64,000 bases of DNA from Candidatus Sulfotelmatobacter sp. (GTDB lineage Bacteria; Acidobacteriota; Terriglobia; Terriglobales; Acidobacteriaceae). Position 1 is the first letter of the stretch. Each line of letters begins with the position of its first letter. Where the stretch lies: positions 1,032-65,031 of the forward strand of contig DATBEI010000059.1 of assembly GCA_036269595.1 (NCBI GenBank), given 5' to 3'. Positions 47,351 to 57,377 of the stretch are shown in pieces. The position numbers and the translations under genes were made by a program. Under the pieces are notes generated by a model. That model was given only the letters and a program-made list of their open reading frames with translations, did no database searches and was not told where the DNA came from.

Positions 47351-48688
47351 CTAGACTTTATGGAATCCTGCCCGCTCCATTCCACGTTGCGCCTCTGGGG
47401 TCTTCATAAACGTGTCCCAGACGAACCTGGTTCGCAAATTCTCCGCCATTAACAAAATGATTCCGGTATCGATGCCGATAACGTCCGTGTCATACCAGTT
47501 TTTGAGGGGATTGAAGGCATTCAGAAACCCATACTTGGTCCAAGCCGAGGGGTAACGGTTACGGATTGTCTTTAAGACCAGCAAGGTGTCTGCGGGCAGG
47601 AAAGGCAATGAGCCGCCGGCCGCGCTGGGCACGATAGTGCCGTCGATCGGGCCCATGGCGGGAGGACCGCCCCATGCGACGTAGCCATACTGGGAGTCGG
47701 AGGCGGTAATTCCCCATAACTCCGCGCTGTAATCGGGAAATTGTTTACCCAGTTCAATGCAAAAGCGCCGGTGGACCTCCGTCGCCGTCACCGAATTTTG
47801 GAAATAGTCCGCGTATTTGTCCCGCTTGCCGCGAAAATCAAACCATGCCTGCGAGTATTGATGCACGAATAGCGGCGCAAACGAACCGATATAGCGCATG
47901 CCGTCATATTCAAAGGTGACCCGCTTCCATGCATTCCAAGTTTCCTGCGACAGCGGGTGGGCGGATGATCCCATGCCCAGGAGATTGATCATCATCAGCT
48001 CGCTGTAATAATCCCAGCGCGAAGGCAGGAACCCCACCTCGGGTGTCCATCCATGAGTTAGCAGGGAAGTGTCTTCCGAAAGCCAGCTCCAGTCCACGCG
48101 GCTAAAGATCAGATCCACGAGTTGTCCGACCGCCGGGTGACGAAAGTGCTGGCGGCAGGTAAGCAGGCCGCACAAAAGGATGGAGGTGTCTACCGACGAT
48201 ACTTCGGAGTCGAACATTCGCTCGCCGGTTTCGGGATTGGCGAAGTGGTAGAAAAATCCGCGGTGATTAGGGAGTTTCTTCCATAGAAAACGCAGCGTAG
48301 CAAAAACTCGCTGCAGCGCATCGGCTTTGGAAATGAAACCGCGCTGTTCTCCAATGCAGAGGGCGGTCAGGCCGAATCCGGTGGCCGCGATGCTGGCCGC
48401 GCCTCCTTGATTGCTGGTGTGAACATTACAGCGATCTTTCACCATGCCGGTGTTGGGACTGCCCTGCTCCCAGAAAAATAAGAAACTTGCTTTCTCGACC
48501 TCGTCCAGGAACTGATCGTCCTCCGGAGAGAGCGCCGGTGTTTCGCTTGCGCCATCTGCCGTTACTATGGATTGTTCCTGAGTGTTCAGCGCCGCCAAGA
48601 CTCGCGCGAAGGGCAGGCAAAGGCTTGTTCCCAGAACGTCACGCAGAACTTGCCGGCGCGAAAGCAGATTGGTTTCGGCATGGCTCAT
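47351..48688 (-). CDS. Secreted glucoamylase-family / GH144-like (endo-beta-1,2-glucanase-like) protein
   Basis: Tat-like signal SRRQVLRDVLG. FFWEQGSPNTGMVKDR, GAASIAATGFGLTAL, FFYHFANPETGER and SSVDTSILLCGL blocks. Trimmed to ATG 48688. Confidence 0.65.
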   Translation of the reverse strand: MSHAETNLLSRRQVLRDVLGTSLCLPFARVLAALNTQEQSIVTADGASETPALSPEDDQFLDEVEKASFLFFWEQGSPNTGMVKDRCNVHTSNQGGAASIAATGFGLTALCIGEQRGFISKADALQRVFATLRFLWKKLPNHRGFFYHFANPETGERMFDSEVSSVDTSILLCGLLTCRQHFRHPAVGQLVDLIFSRVDWSWLSEDTSLLTHGWTPEVGFLPSRWDYYSELMMINLLGMGSSAHPLSQETWNAWKRVTFEYDGMRYIGSFAPLFVHQYSQAWFDFRGKRDKYADYFQNSVTATEVHRRFCIELGKQFPDYSAELWGITASDSQYGYVAWGGPPAMGPIDGTIVPSAAGGSLPFLPADTLLVLKTIRNRYPSAWTKYGFLNAFNPLKNWYDTDVIGIDTGIILLMAENLRTRFVWDTFMKTPEAQRGMERAGFHKV

Positions 48689-48894
48689 TTTTTGGACTTC
48701 CCCGGATCGTGTTAAATTTTTATGACAGAATCTGCTTGGCACAGTTACGCACAAAGGAAAGGACAGCAATTTCCATTCTTGCGGCATCTACTATTCTTAT
48801 GGTCACGACATTCTTGAAGGATACAAGTGAAGGTTCCGCTGTGGCAACGGCAGATGGCCATCCGTTTCGGTACAGGTAATCTCCAAATGTTCGC

Positions 48895-49875
48895 ATGACG
48901 CGTGCCCATAAAATCGAGGCGTGGATTGCTGTGCTGATCGTCGTCCTGCTGGCGGCGAGCGTGCCCCTAGTCATCCGGTGGCAGAAGCAAAAAGCAATTA
49001 CTCTGCAGGGAGCTGTTCTTATCCAGGATACGGATCCGAGAAAACAGCAGCCCATCGGAGGGGTTTTCGTGTCCGCTGGCGATCTCGGGATATCTCCGGT
49101 CACGACCGACTCCTCCGGATTTTTTGTGTTGAAGCTGCGTAAGCCGATCCGCCGTGGCAATGCTATTGTTCTACGTTTTCGCCAGCCTCAGTATCATCCG
49201 ATGGATCTGAAAGAGTTTGTCGGCAACAAGCTCTACATTGTGCACCTCGTTCCCGTGTCCACCAAAATCGTGGCGCCGAATCAGCCGCAGGTCAAAGTAA
49301 CGAATGTACGGATTCGATATACGATCAAAGCGATGACCGAGTTGAATGTTGGAAGCGCGGTAAAGACTTTTGAAATCGAGAACAAAGGGGATGTGGCCTG
49401 CCAGGGTTCGCACCCCTGCTCTCCGGACGGAAGATGGAAGGCCTCGGTTGGTTCCATCACGTTGGATGCCGGTCGCGGCAATCAATTTCGCAATGCCCGC
49501 GCGTCGTGTATTGCGGGGCCGTGCCCTTTCACCAGAATTGATTCCGATGAACCCTCGCAAAGCGGACAAGTCCTCACCCTCTCCGCTCGTGACTGGTCTG
49601 ACACGGCGACCTTTTTGTTAGAGGCCGAAGTCTTTCGTCCCATGGTCAGCCAGATGGAGCACTGGAGCTATCCGGTAATTTTTGGAGAAAGCCTCTCCTT
49701 TACCCTGCCTTCAGCCGCGGAGAGTGTGAGCATTGAGGCGGACCTCAACGGACAAACCATCATATTTCCGCTAGGGCCTTCGCTTTTCTTAAGCTGGGCC
49801 AGTTGCGACGCGGGCAGCAGCGTCGATCGAGGACGCGTCTATCGCTGCACTCCTAAACCCGGATATTCGTTCTAA
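48895..49875 (+). CDS. Membrane-anchored hypothetical protein with a carboxypeptidase-regulatory-like beta-sandwich N-domain
   Basis: N-terminal TM (WIAVLIVVLLAASVPLVI), then LQGAVLIQDTD...VTTDSSGFFVLKL. No catalytic motif recognised. Confidence 0.5.
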   Translation: MTRAHKIEAWIAVLIVVLLAASVPLVIRWQKQKAITLQGAVLIQDTDPRKQQPIGGVFVSAGDLGISPVTTDSSGFFVLKLRKPIRRGNAIVLRFRQPQYHPMDLKEFVGNKLYIVHLVPVSTKIVAPNQPQVKVTNVRIRYTIKAMTELNVGSAVKTFEIENKGDVACQGSHPCSPDGRWKASVGSITLDAGRGNQFRNARASCIAGPCPFTRIDSDEPSQSGQVLTLSARDWSDTATFLLEAEVFRPMVSQMEHWSYPVIFGESLSFTLPSAAESVSIEADLNGQTIIFPLGPSLFLSWASCDAGSSVDRGRVYRCTPKPGYSF

Positions 49876-49892
49876 AACGTCGTTCCTTGCGC

Positions 49893-51404
49893 CTAACACG
49901 TTCCGCTGGGACGAGTGGGAGTTCCGGATTCCTGACCCGGAAGGCTCTGCGATGCGGGCATCGGATAGGATACCGTTCCCGCCAAAGTCGCCTCACACTG
50001 CGTGATGGCTTGCGAGTCGGCCTGGATCGTGGTCGGCAAACTTGGAATGGACTGGTCAGGCTTCTTGAAATTAAAGGCGCTGGTCAGGTCTCCCACTGTG
50101 GCGCGACGCCAGGCGCTGAGGTTCGGCACTTCTGCTCCAAAGCGAGTCTCGAGGAATCGCAACACCGAAGTGTGGTCGAACAGGTCCGAAGATACAAATC
50201 CTCCGCGACTGAATGGCGAAATGATCAGCATGGGAACGCGAAAACCTAGTCCAATCGGGCCTGTAATCGCTGGACTGCCGATCACGGTCGGGTCCGGAAC
50301 CGCAGAGGCAGTGATGTACTCGCCGGGCGTGCCGGGAGGCGCCGTCACCGGAGGAACGTGATCGAAGAATCCGCCATTCTCGTCGTAGTTCACAAAGAGT
50401 ACGGTCTTCGCCCAGAGAGCGGGGTTTGCCATCAGGGCCGCGACGATGAGAGACAGAGCATTTTCCCCAAACAGGGAAGGTGCCGGGGGATGGTCGGAAG
50501 TCAGCACCGAACCGATTAGCCAGGAAACCTGGGGCAAATTTCCGGATGCGATGTCAGTGAGGAAGTCGACGGGGAACTGTGGCCCGAAGGCATTCTGATA
50601 CAGCGCGGAGGACGGGTCCTGAAAATTCTTGAAGTAGGAGAGAACGTTGTCGGAAAGAATTCCGCCGAGGAGGTTTACATCCGGCGACGAGTAGACCTTC
50701 CACGAAATTCCCTTGGCCTGGAGCTGTTCGGGCATGGTGGTGTAAGTGAGGCGGCCATTCATTGCCGAGCGATCATTGACGATTGTCTGCAAGACCGGGC
50801 CGCCGTTTTTCCCGTCAGGATCGAGCGACGCCGCTATGGTATAGAGACGGTTCGGGTCGGTAGGACCGATTACCGAACAAAAATAGTTGTCGCAAATTGT
50901 GAAAGCATCGGCGAGAGCGTAATAGTATGGAATATCCGCGCGCGTATAGTACCCCATGCTCAATAAGGCGTCGTTGAAATTGATGGGCAGACGCGAACTC
51001 ACAAACCCGTCCATTTTTCCGTTGTCCCAACTCTGGTGTTGCGGTACCCAATCGTGAGTGATGTCATGGGTGCAAGCGGCATTTGAATTGGAAGTGTTCA
51101 GATGGAAGGGCAGGAGAATGCCCGCGGGGGAAACGGTTGTATTCGCCGGATCGGGTTGCTGAAAGGCAGAGCTCTGATCGGAAAATCCGCGAACACCACG
51201 GTAACTGCCAAAGTAATGGTCAAAGGAGCGATTCTCCTGCGTCAAAATCACGACATGTTCAATGTCAGCAATGGTCGAGCAACCGGAACTTACCGGAGGA
51301 ATCAACTTGGAAGCATTGCATCCCTGCAATGCTAAAGAGGCAAACTCCGCGGCAGTTGCCGCAGTTGCGAGTTTGAGCAGTTCTCGGCGGGTCAAATTCT
51401 TCAT
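49893..51404 (-). CDS. Phosphoesterase-family protein (phospholipase C / acid phosphatase AcpA family), Tat-secreted
   Basis: Tat signal TRRELLKLATAATAA. IEHVVILTQENRSFDHYFGSYRGVRGF. 503 aa, without the tandem C-terminal domains of long PlcN-type enzymes. Confidence 0.8.
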   Translation of the reverse strand: MKNLTRRELLKLATAATAAEFASLALQGCNASKLIPPVSSGCSTIADIEHVVILTQENRSFDHYFGSYRGVRGFSDQSSAFQQPDPANTTVSPAGILLPFHLNTSNSNAACTHDITHDWVPQHQSWDNGKMDGFVSSRLPINFNDALLSMGYYTRADIPYYYALADAFTICDNYFCSVIGPTDPNRLYTIAASLDPDGKNGGPVLQTIVNDRSAMNGRLTYTTMPEQLQAKGISWKVYSSPDVNLLGGILSDNVLSYFKNFQDPSSALYQNAFGPQFPVDFLTDIASGNLPQVSWLIGSVLTSDHPPAPSLFGENALSLIVAALMANPALWAKTVLFVNYDENGGFFDHVPPVTAPPGTPGEYITASAVPDPTVIGSPAITGPIGLGFRVPMLIISPFSRGGFVSSDLFDHTSVLRFLETRFGAEVPNLSAWRRATVGDLTSAFNFKKPDQSIPSLPTTIQADSQAITQCEATLAGTVSYPMPASQSLPGQESGTPTRPSGTC

Positions 51405-51566
51405 AGGCCATTCTTAAGATGCGTCCGTCGCTGGGAAGGTGAGAGCGATTCGGGCAGCAATTTGGCACTGCGACTAAAAATGCGGAGGGTCTCGGAACAG
51501 ATGCCATTGCGGCAATGGAAGTCGGTCGCCAGCACGCTCACGCGCTTGACGGAATCGCCTAGATTT

Positions 51567-52031
51567 TCATTTGACTAACGGGGAACTGGCATCTGCAGGC
51601 TTGCCTTCATCGGCATGGATCTTGCCATCGTCTTCTGCGTAGAAATAGCGGTGCTCTGCGTCCGGAGTTTTCGGGGTCATGGTCAGCACGAAGCTATCTT
51701 TCTTTCCCTTAAAGTTCGCCGTGTAGTCTCCCCGGTCGGGGTTAACCATGCGCTTGGTGAACGATCCCGAATGCACCAGTTCGTCCAGCGAGGTCGCAAA
51801 GTGATCGTACTGTTTGTTGAATCTATGTTGAGCTCGGAGCACCACGCGCATATAGGCCAAGGCGCTGGCTTCCGAGTCGGAACGTGCGGGATCGCCGGGG
51901 AATTTAGGCTGGTATGTTGGAGTCTGCGGCGCGCTGGTTGGTGGCGGTGCGCCTGCATCTTGAGCCAACAGCGAGCTTGCCGACAGCAAAATCGAGGTCA
52001 GGACGATCCACGGCAGCGACGATCTTTTCAT
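51567..52031 (-). CDS. Secreted hypothetical protein
   Basis: Signal peptide (WIVLTSILLSASSLLAQ). No recognisable family. Confidence 0.5.
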   Translation of the reverse strand: MKRSSLPWIVLTSILLSASSLLAQDAGAPPPTSAPQTPTYQPKFPGDPARSDSEASALAYMRVVLRAQHRFNKQYDHFATSLDELVHSGSFTKRMVNPDRGDYTANFKGKKDSFVLTMTPKTPDAEHRYFYAEDDGKIHADEGKPADASSPLVK

Positions 52032-52198
52032 GCGAACGGCTTCTCCTTGAGAATCTCACATTCTAAGGCGCTATGCGGCCATCGTTCACGCTTCGCGTGA
52101 GATTCGGCTCCAAATGCCCATTTCCAGCCCACTTTTCTATGTTACTCCCGTAATTTCCTTTCAGTCACCTTTCCTTTGCAATCCGTCGAATTATTACT

Positions 52199-52891
52199 AT
52201 GCTGGATGAAGAATCTAGTCGCACAGGGAAACCTATGAAAGCAGCAGTCGCCAGAAAACCAGTCATCCGAATTGCGGTGGTGGAAAGTGATCCACTGCGC
52301 TTTGTTGGATTCCGCGCCTTGTTCGACTCCGAACCGGAGTTCGAACTTATTTCCGCGGCACTGCCAGAGATCAGCACGCTGCAAGCGATTGATCTCATCC
52401 TGCTTGGCAACCGGAATGGACAAAACCTATTCGACGTGATGGCCAGCCTGAAAGCCACGCGGCCGGACCTAAAAATTATAGTCACCGGTTCCGGTATTGA
52501 CGAGGAAACCATTCTGAAGGCGATTGCTTCCGGAGCCAAAGGCTATGTGGACGAGGCCGCCACGCCCGCGGAATTCGCGCAGGCGATTCGCATCGTCAAT
52601 CAGGGATCGGTTTGGGCTCCGCGAAAAGTGCTCTCCATGTTCATTGAGCGCGTGTCCTCGGCGCCAGGGCGGATTTTCCCCGCCGGCCGGGTCACGTTTA
52701 CCGACCGCGAAAAGGAAGTGCTGGAGATGCTCGTAGCGGGACGCTCCAACAAAGAAATTGGCGGTCAACTCGGCATCGAGGAGCGCACAGTCAAGGCGCA
52801 CGTCGCAAAATTGATGCGCAAAGTGGGCGTGCAGAACCGCATCGCACTGTCGGTGCATGCGATTACACACTCGCTGGTTGTGACCAAGTAA
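52199..52891 (+). CDS. LuxR/NarL-family regulator with a degenerate (pseudo-)receiver domain
   Basis: C-terminal HTH (TDREKEVLEMLVAGRSNKEIGGQLGIEERTVKAHVAKLMRKV). The N-terminal REC fold has the phospho-acceptor position reading IDLILLG (Gly codon ggc at 52406-52408). The start may be a later Met (MKAAV). Confidence 0.8.
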   Translation: MLDEESSRTGKPMKAAVARKPVIRIAVVESDPLRFVGFRALFDSEPEFELISAALPEISTLQAIDLILLGNRNGQNLFDVMASLKATRPDLKIIVTGSGIDEETILKAIASGAKGYVDEAATPAEFAQAIRIVNQGSVWAPRKVLSMFIERVSSAPGRIFPAGRVTFTDREKEVLEMLVAGRSNKEIGGQLGIEERTVKAHVAKLMRKVGVQNRIALSVHAITHSLVVTK

Positions 52892-52935
52892 ACAGCTGAG
52901 GGCGGCCGGTTTCGAGCCGGCGTGAGCTGTTTTTC
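52892..52935 (+). terminator. Rho-independent terminator after the LuxR-type gene
   Basis: ACAGCT...GCCGG TTTCGAG CCGGC...AGCTGT composite stem followed by TTTTT. Confidence 0.6.
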
Positions 52936-53205
52936 GAGGGTACGGGCCCCGAACGCGGTTACTCACGAGCACTTACCTTCGTAATCTTGTGCGGTTTGGC
53001 CACATCTCGCATACTCACTTCACCTACCACAGAACCTGGGAGACGGGGTTGAGAGTGGCGATTAGGGTCACTACTTTCAGCCCCGCATTTTTTTGCCTTC
53101 TATTCCCTTGTTGGGCACACCTGCCGTTCGCTCGCTTTCGAGCAGCCCGTCTTCGTTTACAATCCAAATACTGAATCCCAGTGAATCCAAATGTGGTGAG
53201 GAGCC

Positions 53206-53889
53206 ATGAAAAAAGTAATTCTGTTGACCCTATTGGTAGGTTTTTGCGGCTTAGCGTTTGCCGCTGATAGAGAATCAAAAGCCACGGATCGCGTGCAGGC
53301 AGCGGCTGACGTGCTGAATCAAATCCAGTCAGCGCCCGACTCTGGGATTCCGCAACGCATCCTGAGCAAAGCGGAATGTGTGGCCGTGGTGCCGTCGATG
53401 CTAAATGGAGGATTCATCGTGGGTGCAAAGTACGGCCGCGGACTGGCCAGTTGCCGCACCCCGAAAGGATGGAGCGCGCCCGCATTTTTCCTCACTGAAG
53501 GGGGCAGCGTCGGTTTCCAGATCGGAGGACAGGCGGTCGACCTGGTAATGCTGATTATGAATGACGATGGCATGCAGCACCTGCTTTCGAGCAAGTTTGC
53601 CCTCGGCGCCGACGCCTCCGTGGCCGCAGGTCCTGTGGGCCGCGACGCCGAAGGCAATACCGATTGGAAGATGCGCGCCCAGGTCCTGACCTATTCGCGG
53701 GCGCGAGGTGTATTTGCCGGCGTGAGCTTGGCGGGAGCCGTGGTCAAGCAAGACAAGGATGCGACCCGCGAGTTCTACGGCCACATGGTGACTTTCAAAG
53801 CCGCCTTGACCGGAGAGGTCGAGCCTCCCCCGGCCGCGAATCCCTTCCTGGCTACGCTGGCGAAATGGGCGCAAGAAGCGGCACAGTAA
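53206..53889 (+). CDS. SYLF (Ysc84/DUF500) lipid-binding domain protein, secreted
   Basis: Signal peptide. ECVAVVPSMLNGGFIVGAKYGRGL, FQIGGQAVDLVMLIM and RGVFAGVSLAGAVV blocks. Confidence 0.8.
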   Translation: MKKVILLTLLVGFCGLAFAADRESKATDRVQAAADVLNQIQSAPDSGIPQRILSKAECVAVVPSMLNGGFIVGAKYGRGLASCRTPKGWSAPAFFLTEGGSVGFQIGGQAVDLVMLIMNDDGMQHLLSSKFALGADASVAAGPVGRDAEGNTDWKMRAQVLTYSRARGVFAGVSLAGAVVKQDKDATREFYGHMVTFKAALTGEVEPPPAANPFLATLAKWAQEAAQ

Positions 53890-54100
53890 GCGCCAAGCTT
53901 TCTAACTGGCGTCAGCGGGACGGCCCGCCGCTGGCACCATTGTGCAATTCGCTGCGAGTGCTCGGCGAGGAAAGGCTCGGGCACGGTTTCGCCCGGATTT
54001 CTGTGAGAGTAATCTACAGGATCGCGTCTCCTCCTGATTTCGCCCTGTCTTTCCAGCATTGACAACTAATTTTTCCGGGTGATAGGGTCACGATTCCCTG

Positions 54101-55000
54101 ATGCGGCGGAAACTCGAATACGCGGCAGCGTGGCCGTTCATCAAGATCCTCGGTCTGATGCCGCGTCGAATTTCGCGCGCTTTTGCGATCGCCATCGCCC
54201 AGGTTGTTTATGTTTTGCACTTCCGTTTGCGGCAAGTAGGAATGTGCAACCTTGCCATGGTGTTTCCTGAAAAAAGTTTGGCCGAGCGCAGGCGCATTCT
54301 GCGTGGAGTTTTTACTTCCCTTGGCCGACAACTCGCCGAGCTTTGTCAGTTTCCCAGATACACACCCGAAAATATCGATCAAGTAGTGGTCTACGATGGT
54401 CTGGAAAATTACGAACGCGCCTATGCGCAAGGCAAAGGGGTTCTTTTTCTAACCGCCCATTTTGGTGGATGGGAGCTTTCTGCTTTTACTCATTCCTTGC
54501 ATGGTCACTGGCTGCACATTGTTATGCGGCCCATGGATAACGAATATCTCGACCGGTTGCTGCAAAACTATCGCACCATGCACGGCAACAAGACTGTCAA
54601 TAAAGATGATTTCGTTCGCGGTTTGTTGGCCGCGATGCGGGCGGGTGAAACGGTCGGCATTTTGATGGACACGAATATGACTCCGCCACAGGGGATCTTC
54701 GTGGATTTCTTTGGCATTCCGGCGTGCACCGCGAGTGGATTAGCTCGCATTGCCTTGCGCACAGACGCGGCTGTCGTGCCGGGATTTACGATCTGGGATC
54801 CCGCCTTGCAGAAGTATCGTTTACGCTTCGATCCCTCGCTGGAATTGATCCGCACCGGCCATCTCGAGGCCGACATCGTAGCCAATACCCAGATGTTCAC
54901 CAAAGTGATTGAGAACTACGTACGAAACTACCCCGACCAGTGGCTATGGGTGCATCGCCGCTGGAAGACCCGGCCCGAAGGACAACCGCCGCTTTATTGA
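54101..55000 (+). CDS. Lipid A late acyltransferase family protein (LpxL/HtrB-like)
   Basis: N-terminal anchor, LFLTAHFGGWEL (HX4E/D box), ILMDTN, YPDQWLWVHRRWK C-terminal signature. Confidence 0.8.
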   Translation: MRRKLEYAAAWPFIKILGLMPRRISRAFAIAIAQVVYVLHFRLRQVGMCNLAMVFPEKSLAERRRILRGVFTSLGRQLAELCQFPRYTPENIDQVVVYDGLENYERAYAQGKGVLFLTAHFGGWELSAFTHSLHGHWLHIVMRPMDNEYLDRLLQNYRTMHGNKTVNKDDFVRGLLAAMRAGETVGILMDTNMTPPQGIFVDFFGIPACTASGLARIALRTDAAVVPGFTIWDPALQKYRLRFDPSLELIRTGHLEADIVANTQMFTKVIENYVRNYPDQWLWVHRRWKTRPEGQPPLY

Positions 55001-55155
55001 AGGTATTTCGGGGACCTCACGTCGGCTTGCCTGTAAACTTGGGCGTCATACGCCGCAATAGCAGGCAAGAAACTGGCAAAAAACGGCACTTTAGTAACCT
55101 GACATTCCCTTCGGTAATCTGCGCCATCGCGAGTTTTCATGACAATGTAAGTCGA

Positions 55156-55479
55156 GTGGGAAAATATCAGCAAAATAACGATCCCGGCTGGGACCGCAGC
55201 CGCGAAGGCTATCTGGATTTGCCGCAGAAGCCGGTGTACGCGCCGGTATCGAAGCCTGCCGCCAAATCCAAAGTCCAAGGTTCATTCGTCAGTATTGCCG
55301 GCGAAGAGCGGTTGGGAAGCTTGATCGCCGCGGGTGGAATGATCTGGGGCGCGTATGACGCAACCATACATTTCGCTGGCGTAGTCAGTTTAGATCTGGT
55401 TCCCGCAGGTCCGATTGAAGTCTGCGCGCTCGGAATTCTAGTCTGGCTGCATGCCAAGTGGCGCCGTTCCACCAAGTAA
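55156..55479 (+). CDS. Possible small membrane protein (hypothetical)
   Basis: Only the hydrophobic C-terminal part of the 179-aa ORF looks protein-like. The GTG start at 55156 is a guess. Confidence 0.25.
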   Translation: MGKYQQNNDPGWDRSREGYLDLPQKPVYAPVSKPAAKSKVQGSFVSIAGEERLGSLIAAGGMIWGAYDATIHFAGVVSLDLVPAGPIEVCALGILVWLHAKWRRSTK

Positions 55480-55587
55480 GAACTGATCGGCCATCGCACT
55501 TGTCCCCACCCGCCTTTTCCGCACAAGTTAAACTCCTCGCAATCGAATCCTGCGACCCTCTCCTTTCCGGTAAAATCAAGTCTTCCT

Positions 55588-56793
55588 ATGGATACCTTTG
55601 AACAGATCGCCGAACGTGAGCGGCAGTTTCTGTTGCAGACTTATAGCCGCTATCCCGTCGTCCTCAGTCGTGGCAAAGGAGTCTTTCTTTATGACATCGA
55701 GGGCAAGCGCTACTTGGATTTTGTTTCAGGTCTCGGTGTGAACGCGCTCGGGCACGCGCATCCGCGCATCGTGAAAGCGATCCGCGAACAGGCGGCAAAG
55801 TTGGTGCACGTCTCCAACCTCTATTACCATGAGTACCAGGGACCATTGGCGGAGAAATTGTGTGCCCTTTCAGGATTGAACCGCGCATTCTTCTCCAACA
55901 GCGGAACCGAGGCCATCGAAGGCTCAATTAAACTGGCGCGCCTAGCGGGGCATCGCGCGGGTGGCGAGGCCAAAAGCCGTCTCGTGGCGCTCGAAGGTTC
56001 CTATCACGGACGCACTTTCGGGGCATTGTCGCTCACTGGGCAAGCCAAGCACCGCAAGGGGTTCGAGCCGTTGCTCGAAGACGTGACCTTTGTGAAACAG
56101 AACGACCTGGATGGCTTGCGGGCTGCCGTCAACGACAATACCTGCGCCATTGTGCTGGAGCCCATTTTCGGCGAAGGCGGAATCTACGAATGTTCGGTGG
56201 AGTTTTTGCGTGAATGTCGCGCGTTGGCCGATCGTCACCGGGCCGCGCTCATCTTCGACGAAATTCAGTGCGGCCTGGGACGCACGGGCACGATGTTTGC
56301 CTTCCAGACATTCGGGGTGACTCCAGACATGGTCGCGATTGCCAAGCCGATTGCCGCGGGATTGCCACTTGGGGCTTTCATCGTGAAAGAAGACTTCGCC
56401 ACGGCCATTTCTCCGGGGCAGCACGGCACTACCTTCGGCGGAGGTCCGCTAGCCTGCCGCGTGGCGCTCGAGTTTCTGGCCATTGTCGAGGAAGAAAAAT
56501 TATTGGAGAACGTCAACCGAGTCGGAGCGTATCTGCAGCAGCAGTTAACTGGCTTGGTCGAGAAGCGTGCGGCGGCGACGGGTGTACGCGGCCGGGGCTT
56601 CATCCAGGGAATTCAGCTTGAAATCCCGGCGCGTCCCATCGTCGACGCGGCTCTAGCAGAGGGTGTGCTGTTCAACAGCACGCAGGATACAGTCGTTCGA
56701 TTCCTTCCGCCCTTCCTGATGGAAGAGAAGCACATCGATCGAGGAATACGCGTGCTCAACAAGCTGTTGGGAAAAAGACGCAAGGCGGCCTGA
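55588..56793 (+). CDS. argD: Acetylornithine aminotransferase (class-III PLP aminotransferase)
   Basis: GLGVNALGHAHP, NSGTEAIEGSIKLAR, LIFDEIQCGLGRTG, PDMVAIAKPIAAGLPLG, TFGGGPLAC. Confidence 0.88.
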   Translation: MDTFEQIAERERQFLLQTYSRYPVVLSRGKGVFLYDIEGKRYLDFVSGLGVNALGHAHPRIVKAIREQAAKLVHVSNLYYHEYQGPLAEKLCALSGLNRAFFSNSGTEAIEGSIKLARLAGHRAGGEAKSRLVALEGSYHGRTFGALSLTGQAKHRKGFEPLLEDVTFVKQNDLDGLRAAVNDNTCAIVLEPIFGEGGIYECSVEFLRECRALADRHRAALIFDEIQCGLGRTGTMFAFQTFGVTPDMVAIAKPIAAGLPLGAFIVKEDFATAISPGQHGTTFGGGPLACRVALEFLAIVEEEKLLENVNRVGAYLQQQLTGLVEKRAAATGVRGRGFIQGIQLEIPARPIVDAALAEGVLFNSTQDTVVRFLPPFLMEEKHIDRGIRVLNKLLGKRRKAA

Positions 56794-56828
56794 GAGGGCA
56801 CCAGATTTCTGCGCGGATCAATCTGCGA

Positions 56829-57374
56829 TCAGTGTACGAAGAATGCCGAGCCTGCCGTTACAAGTCCGACGACTCCCAATGAAATCCCCAGGAGCCAGAA
56901 AATTCTGCGCCCCGAAAGCAACGTGATTGACGTGATCACCAGTCCGACTTCGAGGAAAACTTCCGCCAGGTCAAATCTATCGGCCCGATTTCTCTCGTGG
57001 CCAACCTCGGCCTCCATCTCGCGGGCTTTGTCCTCGATTTCTTTTTTTTCGGCCTCGTAGCGCGTTGCCTCTCCCGAATATTTCTCGCGCAGCTTTGCCA
57101 GCGCTGCGGCGTCGGTCGTGGCCTCCACCGAAGTTAGATCGACAAAAAACTCGTCAACGTGCCTCCGAATATTCTTCGCCTGGTAATAAGCCCACTGATC
57201 GGACGACTGCGCCTGCAACACCACCTCTTCGGTGTGTGCGCGATGGCCGAGCAGGCTCACGACCGCTACGAGTACCGCGAGGATCGCCATGGTTACAGAG
57301 ATCGGCGCTAGGGTCGGATCATGTTTCGCATGCTCGGCATGCTCTTGCAGTTCGCTCAGTTCTTCAGACTCCAT
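56829..57374 (-). CDS. DUF4337 family protein
   Basis: Acidic/His N-terminus, TM, QSSDQWAYYQAKNIRRH, coiled coil, two C-terminal TM helices. Confidence 0.7.
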   Translation of the reverse strand: MESEELSELQEHAEHAKHDPTLAPISVTMAILAVLVAVVSLLGHRAHTEEVVLQAQSSDQWAYYQAKNIRRHVDEFFVDLTSVEATTDAAALAKLREKYSGEATRYEAEKKEIEDKAREMEAEVGHERNRADRFDLAEVFLEVGLVITSITLLSGRRIFWLLGISLGVVGLVTAGSAFFVH

Positions 57375-57377
57375 CTC

